A stretch of DNA of 63,839 nucleotides, filler included, from Octopus bimaculoides (taxonomy: Eukaryota), in the NCBI RefSeq assembly GCF_001194135.2. It is 5 parts of 5 records of this genome, joined end to end, with 100 filler letters (N's around TTAATTAATTAA, not from the genome) between each part and the next. Parts side by side here need not be neighbours in the genome. Positions count along the whole stretch, not along the records: positions 31,885 to 54,491 come from NC_069003.1; 4 more parts are not named here. The stretch is one strand, 5' to 3'. Below the pieces are notes generated by a model, which was not told where the DNA came from, made no database searches, and saw only the letters and a program-made list of their open reading frames with translations. Position numbers and translations under genes: made by a program. This document shows positions 36,240-49,149 of the stretch, piece after piece. Each line of letters starts with the position of its first letter. Within the stretch, counting starts at the first letter, position 1.

Positions 36240-39200
36240 GTGCATGTCAGTGTTTTCCTTTCACTGAATGGTGTCACGACGTTGGTGTGCAGCGTCGTGA
36301 ATTGTTGAACTATTGAAGCGCAACTATAAAGTAAGACATTTGTTTTTTGGGGATTCGGTGGGGGTATGTTATTTGTTGTTTATTTTTTTCGAACAAGAAA
36401 TCCCTACTGGATTCTGGGCATTTGTCTGCCTGTAGCTGCGCTAAGTGTCTCACTTAGTTGTAAGAAGAGTGATGTTTTGGAGGCGTATCCCGCCTCCAAA
36501 AACTGTGGAAGTTTTTTCACCAATTTTTGGTGAAATTTGTGGTGATGTGTTCCTGTATTACAATTGAAGTACCAGTTGGCCCAGGAGTACCAGTTGGCCC
36601 AGGAGTACCAGTTGGCCCAGGAGTACCAGTTGGCCCAGGAGTACCAGTTGGCCGGAAAATCGTGTTCGCTGTGTTTTATTTTTGTGAACTATCTTCTTTC
36701 CCTCTTCTTGTCTTTTTTTTTTTAAGAACTTTTGCCTTCTCAAATGAACATGGTGAAGAAGATGGACACTGTTTTGGAGTGGGAGATTGTCCCACCCAAA
36801 GAGTGGTTGAAAGACCTTGAGGAGAGGACATACTCGAAGTCGCTCGACACCGTCGCCGTCTTCAAAAAAAATTGACATAGAAAAAGAGTTGGCAGAGTAT
36901 CTGCCAACCATAAGATTCATTTCCAGGGGTGCCAAATATGCAAGGGTGTGGCTGCTGTTCGACACCCCTGACGAGGCTCGCAGGTTTGCTAGCCAGCCCT
37001 TGGAAGGCCAAGAAATTCTGTTTCTTCCCGCAGAGGAAATTAACAAGTGCTTGGATATGCGGGTTGCCACCTGGAATAGGCAGGGACCAGGGTACTGGAA
37101 GATGAGCAAGTCTAATTTGACTTGTAAAAACCTTCCGTCCCCGGGTTAAGAAGTTAGTGCAGAGATCATTAACCGGCGCCATCATTAATGATAGGTGGTG
37201 GTGTGCTCTCAAGCGGGCCATTCGTTCTGAGTCGCGGCGAAAGCGGTTTTTTCCGCCCTCTCAAATCCAAACACGAAGGGTGTAGAGTCAGAGCTAAGCT
37301 TCGAGCGGTGGGAAGAGAGGGTATTAACGTTACCGGATGGGCACGTCGTGTGGAGTGTCGAAGAGGCAGAGAAACCTCTATTAAGTCTTTAACGGACGAA
37401 CATGGGCGTACGATTGAAGGACAGGAGGAGATGCATTTCACCCGGTTGTTCGGGGAGTGAGCGGGCTGGACCGTGAGGAGTCCCTAAAGGACGTCCTTGC
37501 TGGTGGGCCATGACTCTAGGCACGAGAGGCGGAATGCTGTGCAGGGCCGTTTACGGCTACGGAGGTTGAAGAGGTGCTGGCTGAGTGCGCCAGGGACAAG
37601 TCACCGGGGCTGGATGGTCTGCCCTATGAATTTTATTGTAGTATGCCGGACTTGTTCGGACACTTGCTGGCCTGTGTCTACACAAACTGGCAGCAGAATT
37701 GGAGGATTCCCAGCTCTGTGGGTCGGAGAGTGGTGACGCTGAACAGAAAAGACCCGAGCAAGGGGGGGTCATACTAGTAATGTTGGGCCCATAACTCTAC
37801 TTAATGTAGAGTTGAAGATTTTGGCCAAGATGCTAGTGAAAAGGCTGGCGCGTGTCACGGAGAAAATTGTAGGGAAGGTAAAGGTGGAGCATTTAGACCA
37901 AAGTAAAGCTTTTGATAGGGTAGACCACCAGTACCTGGCGGCGGTCCTCAATGCGGCTGAGCTAGCCTCGGATTTCCGTGGTTGGGTCACTGCCATTTAT
38001 GGAGGCATCAAATCCAAAGTCCAGATAAACGGTTACCTATCGGTGCCGTTTGGGGTCAAGCGCTCGGTTCGTCAAGGGTGTCTCCACTTCTGTATGTACT
38101 GTCTCTTGAGCCATTGCTGTGGAGGTTGCAGAGCTTGAAGAGCATTCCCAGTGAAATCAGATGCGGCAAGTCTGTTTCTGCATATGCGGATGACGTCACC
38201 ATTAGCGTGTCCGATGAAGCTCAGTTACCTTGTGTAGAGGATGCAATCAAAGGATATGAGACGGTGGCAGGGGCAAAGTTAACAAGGACAAGTCCATTGG
38301 CTTGCGGCTCGGCACCTGGAGTGGCAAGACGATAACGTCTAGTGTCGTGGGGCACTGGATAGATGGTCCTGTTAAGTTGCTTGGAGTCTGGTTTGGGCCC
38401 GATTCCCAGATGGAGAAGAATTGGAGTGAGGTGGAAGGCAGGGTGGAGGCCCTAATCCGGACCTAGTCTGAAAGGGCACTATCCCTGAAAGGAGTGTGGA
38501 GGTAGTGCAGATGTTTATTGCATCTGTTATAACCTACTCTCAGACCGTTGACCCTTGCTCTGATTTGTGGCTAAGCAATTTGGCACGCCTTCTCTTCCGC
38601 TTTTTGTGGAAGGGAGGAAAGCCGCTTGTGAGGCACTCCGTTTGCTGCCAAGAACTGCTAAAGGGTGGGTTAGGGATGTCGTGGCTAATGATGTGCAGGT
38701 ATGCACTGAGGCTAAGGCATCTCTGGCTCTACCTATCCAGGTAGAGCCAGAGATGCCAGATGCGGAATTCGCTAGCGGAGGAATTCTTTCCACGACTGGC
38801 CTCCTTGGAGGAATTTAAACCTGACTTTATGAAAAGACGTAACGCGACTGAATGGCAAAAGGAGTGCCGACAGGCACTCGTGCTAATCTATAATGCGGGC
38901 AAGGCCGGCATACCACCTCGGTGCTTTATAGAGGGCTGGTAGAGTTTAAGAGCGATGACATCGTAGGAGAATCTCTGGGGCTCGATGAGAACCTGCTAGC
39001 CAACTTGTTTCAAAGAACTTTCAGGCCGGAGTACTTGGATAACTACCAGAAATCCCTGACTTGGCAGTGCTATAGGAGCGCGTTACCTGTTGTGACAAAT
39101 TGTCTAGGCATGGAATGTCTGTGCCACCGACATGCCCAAGGTACGATGTAACCGTTCTGCAAGCTCTTGTACAGTGCCCGGAGCTTTCGAGTTTGATAAT

Positions 39201-39770
39201 TTGCGTAGAACACGTGTTGTCGCATCTAGAAAGAGTACAGCTATCGGCCGAGTCCATGATCAACATTGTACCGCCACCCAGACTATCAAAGGAAGGTGAG
39301 GCATGTTTTTTATGTACAGTCGCAGTTTTGAAAGAGTGTTGAAAGAACTAGAATGAAAGGAGTCGCGACGGGAACTTCTATCTCCGGCCCTGGTTTGCTA
39401 TGTTACTTCAGATATCATCTGAAGAGCAAGATAGGGCTAGAGAGGAGACACCTGCCGCGAAGTATATTCAGGAAAAGATGGGAGGCTGTAGCAAGGAAGT
39501 TGGGTGTGAATGACAATACTTAATCTCATTCTTGGTAAAAAAAAAAAAGTATGTTGTAGTCGTTGGGTTGCATGACCAAGGATAAAAGTTGTAAAACTGA
39601 AAAGTTTTTAAAATATAAATGTAAATTTGAAAAATGTGTTAAATTTTTAATCTAATAATCATCATATAAAAAAAAAAAACACTTCTAAAATGAACTCATA
39701 AACGTACTATTTGTTTGTAACGTCTTGTGTTGTCCCCTCTATATATGATATTATAATCGTAATAAAGAAT
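36240..39770 (+). mobile_element. L1/Tx1-clade LINE, internally deleted (5'UTR, ORF1 fragment, RT and C-terminus of ORF2, 3'UTR)
   Basis: ORF1 LEWEIVPPKEWLKDLEER; RT motifs KSPGLDGLPYEFY, DQSKAFDRVDH, SVRQG and AYADDV; the endonuclease is missing near 37100; aataaa near 39760. Confidence 0.88.
36569..36652 (+). repeat. 18-bp VNTR (gtaccagttggcccagga, about 4.7 copies)
   Basis: Perfect head-to-tail units with no spacers. Confidence 0.95.
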
Positions 39771-39943
39771 CATTTCTTAGTTACATCTCATTGACATGTG
39801 TCAAAAAAATCGAGTGGTGACACTGAAGGAACTGGGCATTTTCACACCTTTTTACCATAAGAGAGTTTTTCCCACTGCAGTGTATTTCCCTTTTAGCAGT
39901 TGAAATATGTGACAAACAAATTTCAACTAACTTATATAGATAT

Positions 39944-40016
<73 letters not shown>

Positions 40017-40169
40017 TATAATACATATAAATATAACCTAGGTAAAATAAATTAAATCTTTAAATCATAACAAAATTAAGCTAAATAAAATAAATAGAAG
40101 ACCTATAAACATATAAAAAAGATTAGGTAATTCACCCATTATACCCATCTCAACCTATATCTCTTACTA

Positions 40170-41960
40170 TATTATTAAAGGTAACTAGGGAACCTGCTAA
40201 ATGATTTATTAAAAAAATGTCTATACCTTATCCATAATTCCTGCCCAAGTTTAACGAGGTTACCCACTGCTTTTAGGATTTGGAATGACTCCTCTAGGCA
40301 AAATTCGCATCTTGTTCCACCTATTTCATAAGGTTTAGCTCTACTGAGAATTGACCATTTCAGTTCATATTCTACTTTTTCCTCCCTAAGTTGCCATATT
40401 AACTTGCTAAGTGATGTCACATTTTCTTTATTCTTTTGCCTCAATGGCGAGATGTGGTTATATAGTATCGCAGCTTAAATGTTGTAGTGCAACATCTTAT
40501 GTATTCATAAGTTGTGATCTGAGTAACTACTACACATTCATAAACTACGTTCCTTCCTAAACAAGATTTATTTAACACACATTCGATTCATTCTCTACAG
40601 TTACAACCGGCGCTTTCCTTCCTATTGCTGCTACTTTTAGAGTTATTCCCACAATTGTCATTATTACCTTTATCATTACCGTCGTTATTCTTGTCGTTTC
40701 AAGTATCATCTATATTGATCTTGTCCTCCCTATTAGTCAACCTTGGCCTTACTATTTTTATTATTACCTATTCTATTATTATTATTTTTATCATTACCTA
40801 TTCTATGAGCTTTCTAATTCCCTCAATCTACGGGTGCTGCGGGATGCTATGATTTGAGATACGTTTCTAGTAGTGGAGTAGACAAATCTTAAGGAGTCTC
40901 GGTTAAACAATCTCCAATACCTGCTCGAAGGAGGGAAATTCTTGTCTAAGGCTGCAAAAAATTGTCTGGGAATATTTGTATCTATTTGGACCCCAAATGG
41001 AGCATAAAATCAAATAGTTTCTGTATGTTTCTTTTTTATATTCATCTTGTGGTGATCTATCGCTTTAACCTCCCTGCATTGTTCAGTTTACGTATATTAT
41101 GATTTGTGTTTTCATTATACCTACCCTCCCTCCCATCTCCGTCATTAACCCTAGTGTCTAACTCTAATGACCCTCTCGCCCTATTTTGGCTATTCTTAAG
41201 AGCGGGTCTTATTTCTTGTTTCCCTACAAGAGAGTCAGAAATCCCTTCCACTAGTCTGTCTGGTATATGTTTCATATCCTTGCTATTTTTGCTAAATATC
41301 AGGAACGTCCCACCCTCTTGTGGTTCTACTGTAGGGTTATTTTTTGCTTTTGATTTTTGCTTGCAACTATTCAACTTATCATTTGTAGTGACTCCACAGT
41401 TACCCCCACCTGCTTGCACCTAAGTTAGGTTCTGTATGTGAGGTAATATATCTTTTTCGATCCCTGATGTATGTATTCGGTTTTCCCACTATAGCCAGCT
41501 TCACCTAATGCTAAATTATAGTAACCTGTATACCTATTAAATATGTCCCTGTAGTTGATAACCGAGATATTTTAGCTGACACCCCTATAAGGATAGATTT
41601 TATGATGCTTTTCGGATAGTTCGATCCCCTATTTACATATCTTAGGTTCTGTTTATATTTATGAAACGGGTAATGCAGCCCCATTCTAAGGTTGAACGTG
41701 ACATCGTGGAAATTAACCTTACTATACTCTGTTTCCAGCGAAACCTTGAGTCCTAATAGTTTAAAGAATTTAGTTATCTGTTTCCTATACTTCTCTAATA
41801 ATCTATTGTTACAGTTATGTACGATTTAGTAGTGCGTCGTCCCTATATAATCACCCCACTTGTAACAACATCTCTAAATCTATCAATATTTATATCCTGA
41901 TAATAAGAGCTTCCGTAGTGTATATTATATGAATAAAAATAGTATGCTTTCACTCTCTAA
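40170..41960 (-). mobile_element. Penelope-like element (RT plus GIY-YIG endonuclease), decayed
   Basis: LYRDDAL, VNFHDVTFNL, SNYPKSIIK, IWFYAPF...LDKNFP..RY.RLFNR and LSKLIWQL..LKWSILSRAKPY...CEFCL motifs. Confidence 0.85.
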
Positions 41961-42137
41961 CAGTATTCTCAAACTATGCTAATTTAAAAACTGAAAATTA
42001 TTGTCTTAGACTTACCCATGTCCTTGAAAAGCCCATACCAAATTTCAACACATTGGCTGGAGAATATCTTTATATAATACTAATATGGTAATGGGTGTTG
42101 ACCCATATCTGTGACTGTCCCTCTTCCAAATTTGGCA

Positions 42138-42138
42138 A

Positions 42139-42200
<62 letters not shown>

Positions 42201-42232
42201 TTGCTGCTGTTGCTGCTGCTGCTGCTACTACT
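42138..42232. repeat. (ACT)n-(GCT)n compound trinucleotide repeat
   Basis: Seen directly. Confidence 0.95.
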
Positions 42233-42499
42233 TCTGCCACCTCCTTTACTTGCTCCCACCTCCTTGTAACCTCTCTTCCCCTGTTCTCTCTACCTTCCCC
42301 ACACAATAACCATTCCTCAAGTGCTCTGCTTGTTATTTCCAGAAAAGGCACTGTCGAAAGTAGCATCAATTTTCTTTGGTCGTTTAATTTACTTCAATTG
42401 ATCAATAGACCAACTGAGCAACCCTATCAGTAATGTAGCTATAATGACTACGGGAAACGGCTGTAAGCCAAATTTGCTCCAATAAAAGAATTATATGTA

Positions 42500-42665
42500 A
42501 TGACCATTATTTTAACTTGTTATTGGCTTTTGGTGAAGCGGGGAGTTCAACACTGTTGCTCTCTTTTGAGTTTCCTGCCTTGATATAGGTTCATCTGAGA
42601 CCTTGGATAGTAGGAGGTCAAGTTATTTCTTGAAAACATCTACCCCTACTCCATGAAGATCCCTG
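42500..42665 (-). mobile_element. CR1 3' end fragment
   Basis: VFKK*LDLLLSKVSDEP...RATVLNS. Confidence 0.6.
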
Positions 42666-42668
42666 AGA

Positions 42669-43530
42669 TGCAGTGTTGTCAACTTAAAATCAGAATTTTA
42701 TGCTTAATTTCAGTAGAAAAAATACCAAAATATGCTAAAAAATGCTAAATATGACTAAAACTTGCTAAAGACTAATTGTATCAAAAAGCTTAATTTTTAT
42801 TTACATTTTTATTTACGTTCATTGAGAAATAATTTCTTGAATTTCACTGATTTGATCACTTTCAGCTGCAGTGCCTAGGTCTTGACTTCTGAATACATTC
42901 AAGGTCCTACTTTTGTTAATTATGTGTTTTGGAATATCGAAGTTTTCGCAACATTTGCCATATCTTTTCACGCCATATTTTATAGACAATATTGATCTAA
43001 GCATAGGAAGGTGCATTTTGTTTTTCAATTTTGATTTGATTACACCCAAACTATTGAACAACCGTTCAACTTCTGAATTTGCGTTTGGCAATGTCAACAG
43101 ATTAATGGCAAAATTTGTAACATCTCTAAAAGGATTTCCTCCAGTAGCATCTTTATATTCCAAGACTTCCAGCCATTAGATGATGAGTGGCAACAAATAA
43201 ACATTGCTAAATTTGCTTCAAGCATAGATGTCTTATCATTTTTGGTTTTAATAAAATTGGTAAGAGGAATCATTTGCCTTGTTTCTTTGCTTCACATTGG
43301 CTTACTCAAATATTTTGCCAACACATTACATCTACAATATCTGCAATGTGCTTTAGATTGGTCACGTGGTACTTCACACAACCACTTAGTAAACGCTGGC
43401 ATCTTAAGCCATTCCTTTCGGAATTTTTGCTGGTACAACTTGGTATTTTCTTTGCTCATCATAAAGTAGTGGGAAGCAAGAAAATAAATTGAATGGTTAA
43501 TAAGAATATAAAAATGAAAACACAACTTAT
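42669..43530 (-). mobile_element. Internally deleted hAT transposon (Zn-finger N-terminus plus dimerisation-domain C-terminus)
   Basis: YQQKFRKEWL..WL..KAHCRYC at 43292-43525; LPNANSEVERLFNS at 42819-43163; end cagtgttgtcaactt with tgctaaa subterminal repeats. Confidence 0.8.
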
Positions 43531-43709
43531 CAGTTTGCCGTTAACAATTCTTTCATTCGTCATTAACAATTCTTATGTTTTCTGCTAACAAAATTCTTGA
43601 AGTGAAGAATACTGATTCAGGATGCAGGGTGGCCAACTTATAAATGGAAAAGTAAAATCTGCAGAAATCCTAAAACTGTGTTCTGATATAAACCTGAGAA
43701 CATTATATT

Positions 43710-45350
43710 TCACTTCCAGGGGCACAGTTGATTGTACCTTTACTGTCAGACAATTACAAGAAAAATGCATTGAACAGAATCTTGCTCCATTGCTTTGTTG
43801 ATTTGAGCAAAATATTCGATATTGTTAATCGAAATGCTCTGTGGCTAATTCTAAGGAAAATAGGTTGCCAGAAAAATTTGTAAACATGATCAGCGCTTTG
43901 CATCAAGATATGAAAGCTAGATTTAACTTTGGAGGTAGGCTCTCTGAATCTTTTGGAGTAAAGCAAGAAGACCTTGATACACCCATCCTCTTTGCAATAT
44001 ACTTTGCTGTTGTGTTATCACATGCTTTTCAAAACTCTGAGGAGGGTATTTACATAAAATATAGAACAACAGAGAATGCTTTTAATCTGACCAGACTGAA
44101 ATTCAAGACGAAAGTTTTTACTTCACTCATTAGGGATCTTTTGTATGCTGACGACTGCGATCTTGTCAGTCATTCTGAGACAGGTCTGCAATCTCTTGAA
44201 TCTGCATTTGACTCGGCTTGTGATGATTTTGGCTTGACCATCAACTTGAAAAAACAGTGGTAATGCATCAACCTACGGGTGGTGCTGTTTGTAACCCCAC
44301 CTAAAATTTTTGCTAAGGGTAAGTTACTTGAGGTTGTCGATTCGTTCGTCTACTTTGAAGGCTCTGTTCAAAATGTTGGAAATCTTGATACAGAAATAAA
44401 TCTGCGAATTCAAACGGCAGCAAAAACATTTGGTGGCTTGGCGTCACGCGTTTGGTGCCAGCGACATATAAATAAGAATACTAAGCTGGCTCTTTACAAA
44501 TCATTTGTCTTACCATCCCTGTTGTATTCCTGTGAAACTTGGACTTGTTATGAAAGGCATTTCAAATTCAGTTGTGTCTGGGGTGTTAGAACAATTCCAC
44601 CAAAAATGCCTTCATCGCATTTTAAAAATTAAATAGAGTTTTTTTACTCCAAACACAGATGTCCTTGCATCTGCAGGCATCACCTCAATTAAAGCTATGA
44701 TTTTGAGGAACCAAATGAGATGGTGTGGCCATATTGTTCGAATGGCAGATGAACGCATGCCGAAACAGCTGTTTGCAGAGGGGAAACGCTATCGACGTAA
44801 ACCTTTAAAAAGGCTTAAGGACGGCATAAGGACTACTATGAAGACACTTGGAATGGATCCAGGAGACATAAAAACCCTTGCTTCGGATCGAGTTGGATGG
44901 CGAACAAAAGTGTGGAGTCGAGCGAAAGCATTTAAAGAGGCCTGGATAACGCAGGTAAGACTTAAAAGAGATCTAAGGAAGAATGTAACGATCGAGAAGG
45001 TGAATGATAATCATCTTCTTGTGTGCACAGTCAGTGACAGACCATGCCTGTCTTTTGCTGGGCTCAAATCTCATCTGCGAAACCATGGAAAACGAACCTC
45101 CACCAGCTATTCTGCCTATATGTCTGTGAACACCTTTGAAAGCAGTGTATGCCAGAAGGTCTGCAAATCCAACGGAGGCCTCAAAAGATATTTTGAGATT
45201 CACAGAGATCAGAACTTACTGCAGCTCTTGGTGGTCCAAATCGGTTGTGCAATCTGTGTGGGTGTCTTTTCAGAACATTGTCTGGTTTAAAAAGCCACAT
45301 CAGATGCCATGATGGTGAAAAGGTGTAGGTACAGGAGGTGGTCAAACTCT
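43710..45350 (+). mobile_element. RTE LINE 3' half with three C-terminal C2H2-like fingers
   Basis: RDLLYADDC, LLYSCETW and RWCGHIVRM..RMPKQL motifs; fingers at about 45020-45310. Confidence 0.9.
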
Positions 45351-45370
45351 GCATAAGGAGTAGACAACCA

Positions 45371-45415
<45 letters not shown>

Positions 45416-45417
<2 letters not shown>

Positions 45418-45812
45418 CACAGGGGTGGCTGTGTGGTAAGAAGCTTGCTTCCCAACTTCATGGTTCTAGGTTCACTCCCACTGCGTGGCACCTCGGGCAG
45501 GTGTCTTCCATTATAGCCGCAGGTCGACCAAACCCTTGTGAGTGGATTTGGAAGACGGAGGCTGAAAGAAGTCCGTATATATGTATGTATGTGTGTCTTT
45601 GCGTCTGTGATTTCCCCCACCACTGATTGACAACCGGTGATGGTGTGTTTACGTCCCCGTAACTTAGAAGTTCGACAAAAGAGACCGATAGAATAAGTAC
45701 CAAGCTTCAAAATAAGTACTGGGGCTGTTTCGTTCGACTAAAATTCCTCAAGGTGGTGTCCCAACATGACCGCAGTCTAATGACTGAGATAAGTAAAAGA
45801 ATAAAAGAAAAG
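45416..45812 (+). mobile_element. Full-length SINE family A
   Basis: tRNA-like head, CORE-like box, internal TG/TA tract, and tail gactgagataagtaaaagaataaaag. Confidence 0.9.
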
Positions 45813-45833
45813 AATGTGTATATGTGTGTATAA

Positions 45834-46429
45834 TCTTATATATAAATGGCAATTTCTGTCTGTCTGTTACCATCATAGTGCCTCAACCAGCGAACCAATA
45901 TTCACGAAACTTTGCATACATGTTACACTAACATCCAGTTCAATAATAGGCTAATTGGGTTTCAATAAAAATCTATAATGAGACCCTCGGCGGCGTTGGA
46001 CGAATTATATGATAAAATGAGAAGGGTGTAAAATGTATTAGTTGGAGAGAAACGCAGTAGCAGAGTGAGGGTGATTTATATCAGGGAAGGCAAGAAGAGC
46101 ATTACGTAAGCAACAAATATTAAGTGGCAATGGGGTGTAGTGTTAATACAGCTGTCATATATACACGCGACGCTGCATACATACGTTCGTAAATACATAG
46201 ATACAACACGCACGCACACAGAAAGGTGGGTGTGAGAAATACGTAGCTTTGAAAAGGGAGGGGTAGGTGGTTTTTCTGATGTCCATCGCAAAGAAACACT
46301 CACACACTCGCATATATACATATATATACACATACATATATCTACTATACACTCGTGATTACCTGTGTGTACGTTTCTAAATGTGCATATATGTGTATGT
46401 GTGTGCGTGTGTGTGTGTATTTGTGTGTG

Positions 46430-46522
<93 letters not shown>

Positions 46523-46983
46523 TATCCGATAACTGTCTGTCTTTCTACTTTTGTAGTCTTCCCTGTTGCTATCACATATTGTTAGATTTTAAAGTTACGT
46601 CAAACTTTTTTAATTTGGTATAATGAAATAATTTTCCACGTTAAATCCGATTTTGTTATTTATTTGTTCCAGAAAAATTGCAGAAAAATGTTACTGAGGT
46701 TTAAAGCTTAATCAATTTTAACTAATCAGAAAACAGAATTTGGAAACTGGCATTTTCTACATGATAGCTGCATGATAACTGGCATTTGCTGCATGAGAGC
46801 TGTCTATCACAATATGAAGGCAAAATCAGTAGGAGAAAGAATTTTCATTAAACAAAGCAAAGTACTATGGCGTTGTTGTAAGAAGTTCTGAAGCTTTAAT
46901 GAATAACGTCATGGAATAAGCAAAAAATTATATAAGACATTCTATTGTAAAAATAGCCTGGCAACGACGGGCTGTTCACCTAG
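45834..46983 (+). mobile_element. Probable non-autonomous Helitron
   Basis: A|TC start (tcttatatataaatggcaatttctgtctgtctg); GC hairpin gcctg-gcaacga-cgggc at 46956-46972; CTAG|T end. Confidence 0.55.
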
Positions 46984-47020
<37 letters not shown>

Positions 47021-48524
47021 NNNNNNNNNNNNNNNNNNNNNNNNNNNNNNNNNNNNNNNNNNNNNNNNNNNNNNNNNNNNNNNNNNNNNNNNNNNNNNNN
47101 NNNNNNNNNNNNNNNNNNNNNNNNNNNNNNNNNNNNNNNNNNNNNNNNNNNNNNNNNNNNNNNNNNNNNNNNNNNNNNNNNNNTATATATAGTATAATTC
47201 GGGTAATAACCTCGTAACCTGCATTTAAGATTTCCTATATTGTTTTTGGCTACCACATGATATTCTACAGCAGGATATTTTCCAAGACTAGATAAACTTG
47301 TGGAACTCTGCTTTTTGGATTACAAGTTGGATCCAAAATTGCTCGTGAATTTTTCTGGCCATTAGAAAGTCATTTTCCTACGTCTAGTGGACAATATTAT
47401 AAGTTCTTTAACCGGAGTAGGGTGAAATTGTCATATGTGAAATCCCACAACCAAGAATACTATATGCACAGATTAAATAATAATAAAAGGCTAAATAAAT
47501 TAAGACTGGAATGTGAAAGCGGAACTCAAGATAGTGCACATCCGATGGATAGGATAGAAAATCACAGTGAGGTGTAAGCTAACAGCTATTCTTAAAATCC
47601 TAATATAAATGACAGCATTAGCATGGATGAGAGAAATTATTTAGAAAACGGAACGCAAACACATGGAGATGGAGTTGGGAAAGAAACCTTCAGAAACAAT
47701 CGAGAGAGAAAAAGACCTCACCAGTGTGCACAATGTGAAATGAAATAGTAATAAGTATGGAATTAGTGGGATTAGAAAAATTGAAACAAGAAAGTGCAAC
47801 TTCAGAGTTAAAACTGCATGTTCACTGGGGAATTCTTGTCTGAGGAGGAACATTATATACAAATGTAAAATGAAAACAAATGGGCATACATATGCATATA
47901 TAGTTGCAACGAGCGACACCTTCAAAATCCGCTATAGAAACCACGTTACGTCATTTTCTAGTTGCAAGAGTCAATGTACTTCGCTTGTGGACCTAGTGAG
48001 GAAACTCAAAAGGAGAGGAATACGTTATGTAACAATATGATTTATATTGAAGAGCGCAAATCCTATGATGTCAGTGAAGAATACACATAATTTTATGTAA
48101 GGATAAATTAATTAATAAGTTCTTTTATAGGGTTTGAAAAAAATAATATAAGAAATTCCAGATAACATTGGAACTATTTATATCGAAACTTTTAACATAA
48201 ACGGATGACTTGTGACGACAGCCTAAAATTGTTGTTTGCATGCATGTTAAAGGAATAATAAGTAGTATATGTCGTTCGTTGTCCTGTAAACGGATGACTC
48301 GTAATAACGAATTAAAATTGCTGTTTGCATGTTCAGCAAAGTCATTGTAAAAATTTATTCAAGTCGTATCTGGAAAAGAATTGTAATAATTACAATATGT
48401 CGATTTTAATCAGCTAAGGAGGTGACTCAAAATAACGGATCAACACTTATTGTTTGTAAGTGTATCGAAATGATTATGTAAATTACTATATGTAAAGAAT
48501 GAGAATAATTTGTATAATCTTTTA

Positions 48525-48890
48525 TTTTTTACTTGTTTCTGTCATTTGACTGCAGCCATGCTGGGACACCACCTTGAAGGTTTTGATCGAACAAATCGGT
48601 CCCAGGACATTTTTTAAGACTAGTACTTATTCTGCCGGCATCTTTTGCCGAACTGCTAAGTTACAGGGATAGACACGCCAGCACTGGTTGTCAAGCGGTG
48701 GGGCAAACACAGACACAAAGATACACACGCATATAGATATATACACACACATACACACACACACACACACACACGATAGGCTGCTTTCAGTTTCTGTCTA
48801 CCAGATCCACTCATAAGGTTTTGGTTTTTCACGTGGCTATAGTAGAAGACACTTGTCCAACTGAACCTGGAACCATGCGGTATGGAAGCA
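48525..48890 (-). mobile_element. SINE family A
   Basis: ttacttgtttctgtcatttgactgcagccatgctgg...agtagaagacacttgtccaa. Confidence 0.85.
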
Positions 48891-49149
48891 AGCTTATTTA
48901 TTTCATCAAGATTGGCCATAAAGGCCTTATACAGAAAAAGGGAAGCTGCGGGTTGGACATAGACATAATGTTATGTGGAAAAAAAGTGATGCTTAATTAA
49001 TAAATGGGGGGAACAAGCAGCGCCCGCCGACTGTCAGATCCCCGAAAACATTGTCCTCTTATATGTGAGGCAGCAAGCCTCTTATACTGTCCGTTATGTT
49101 CATTGCTGCAAAAGGAGGCATTACGCCTCTTACTTTGTTTTAAACAAAA

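Noticed and set aside
36569-36652. CRISPR-like repeat array
   Set aside because: Head-to-tail units with no spacers, inside a LINE in eukaryotic DNA.
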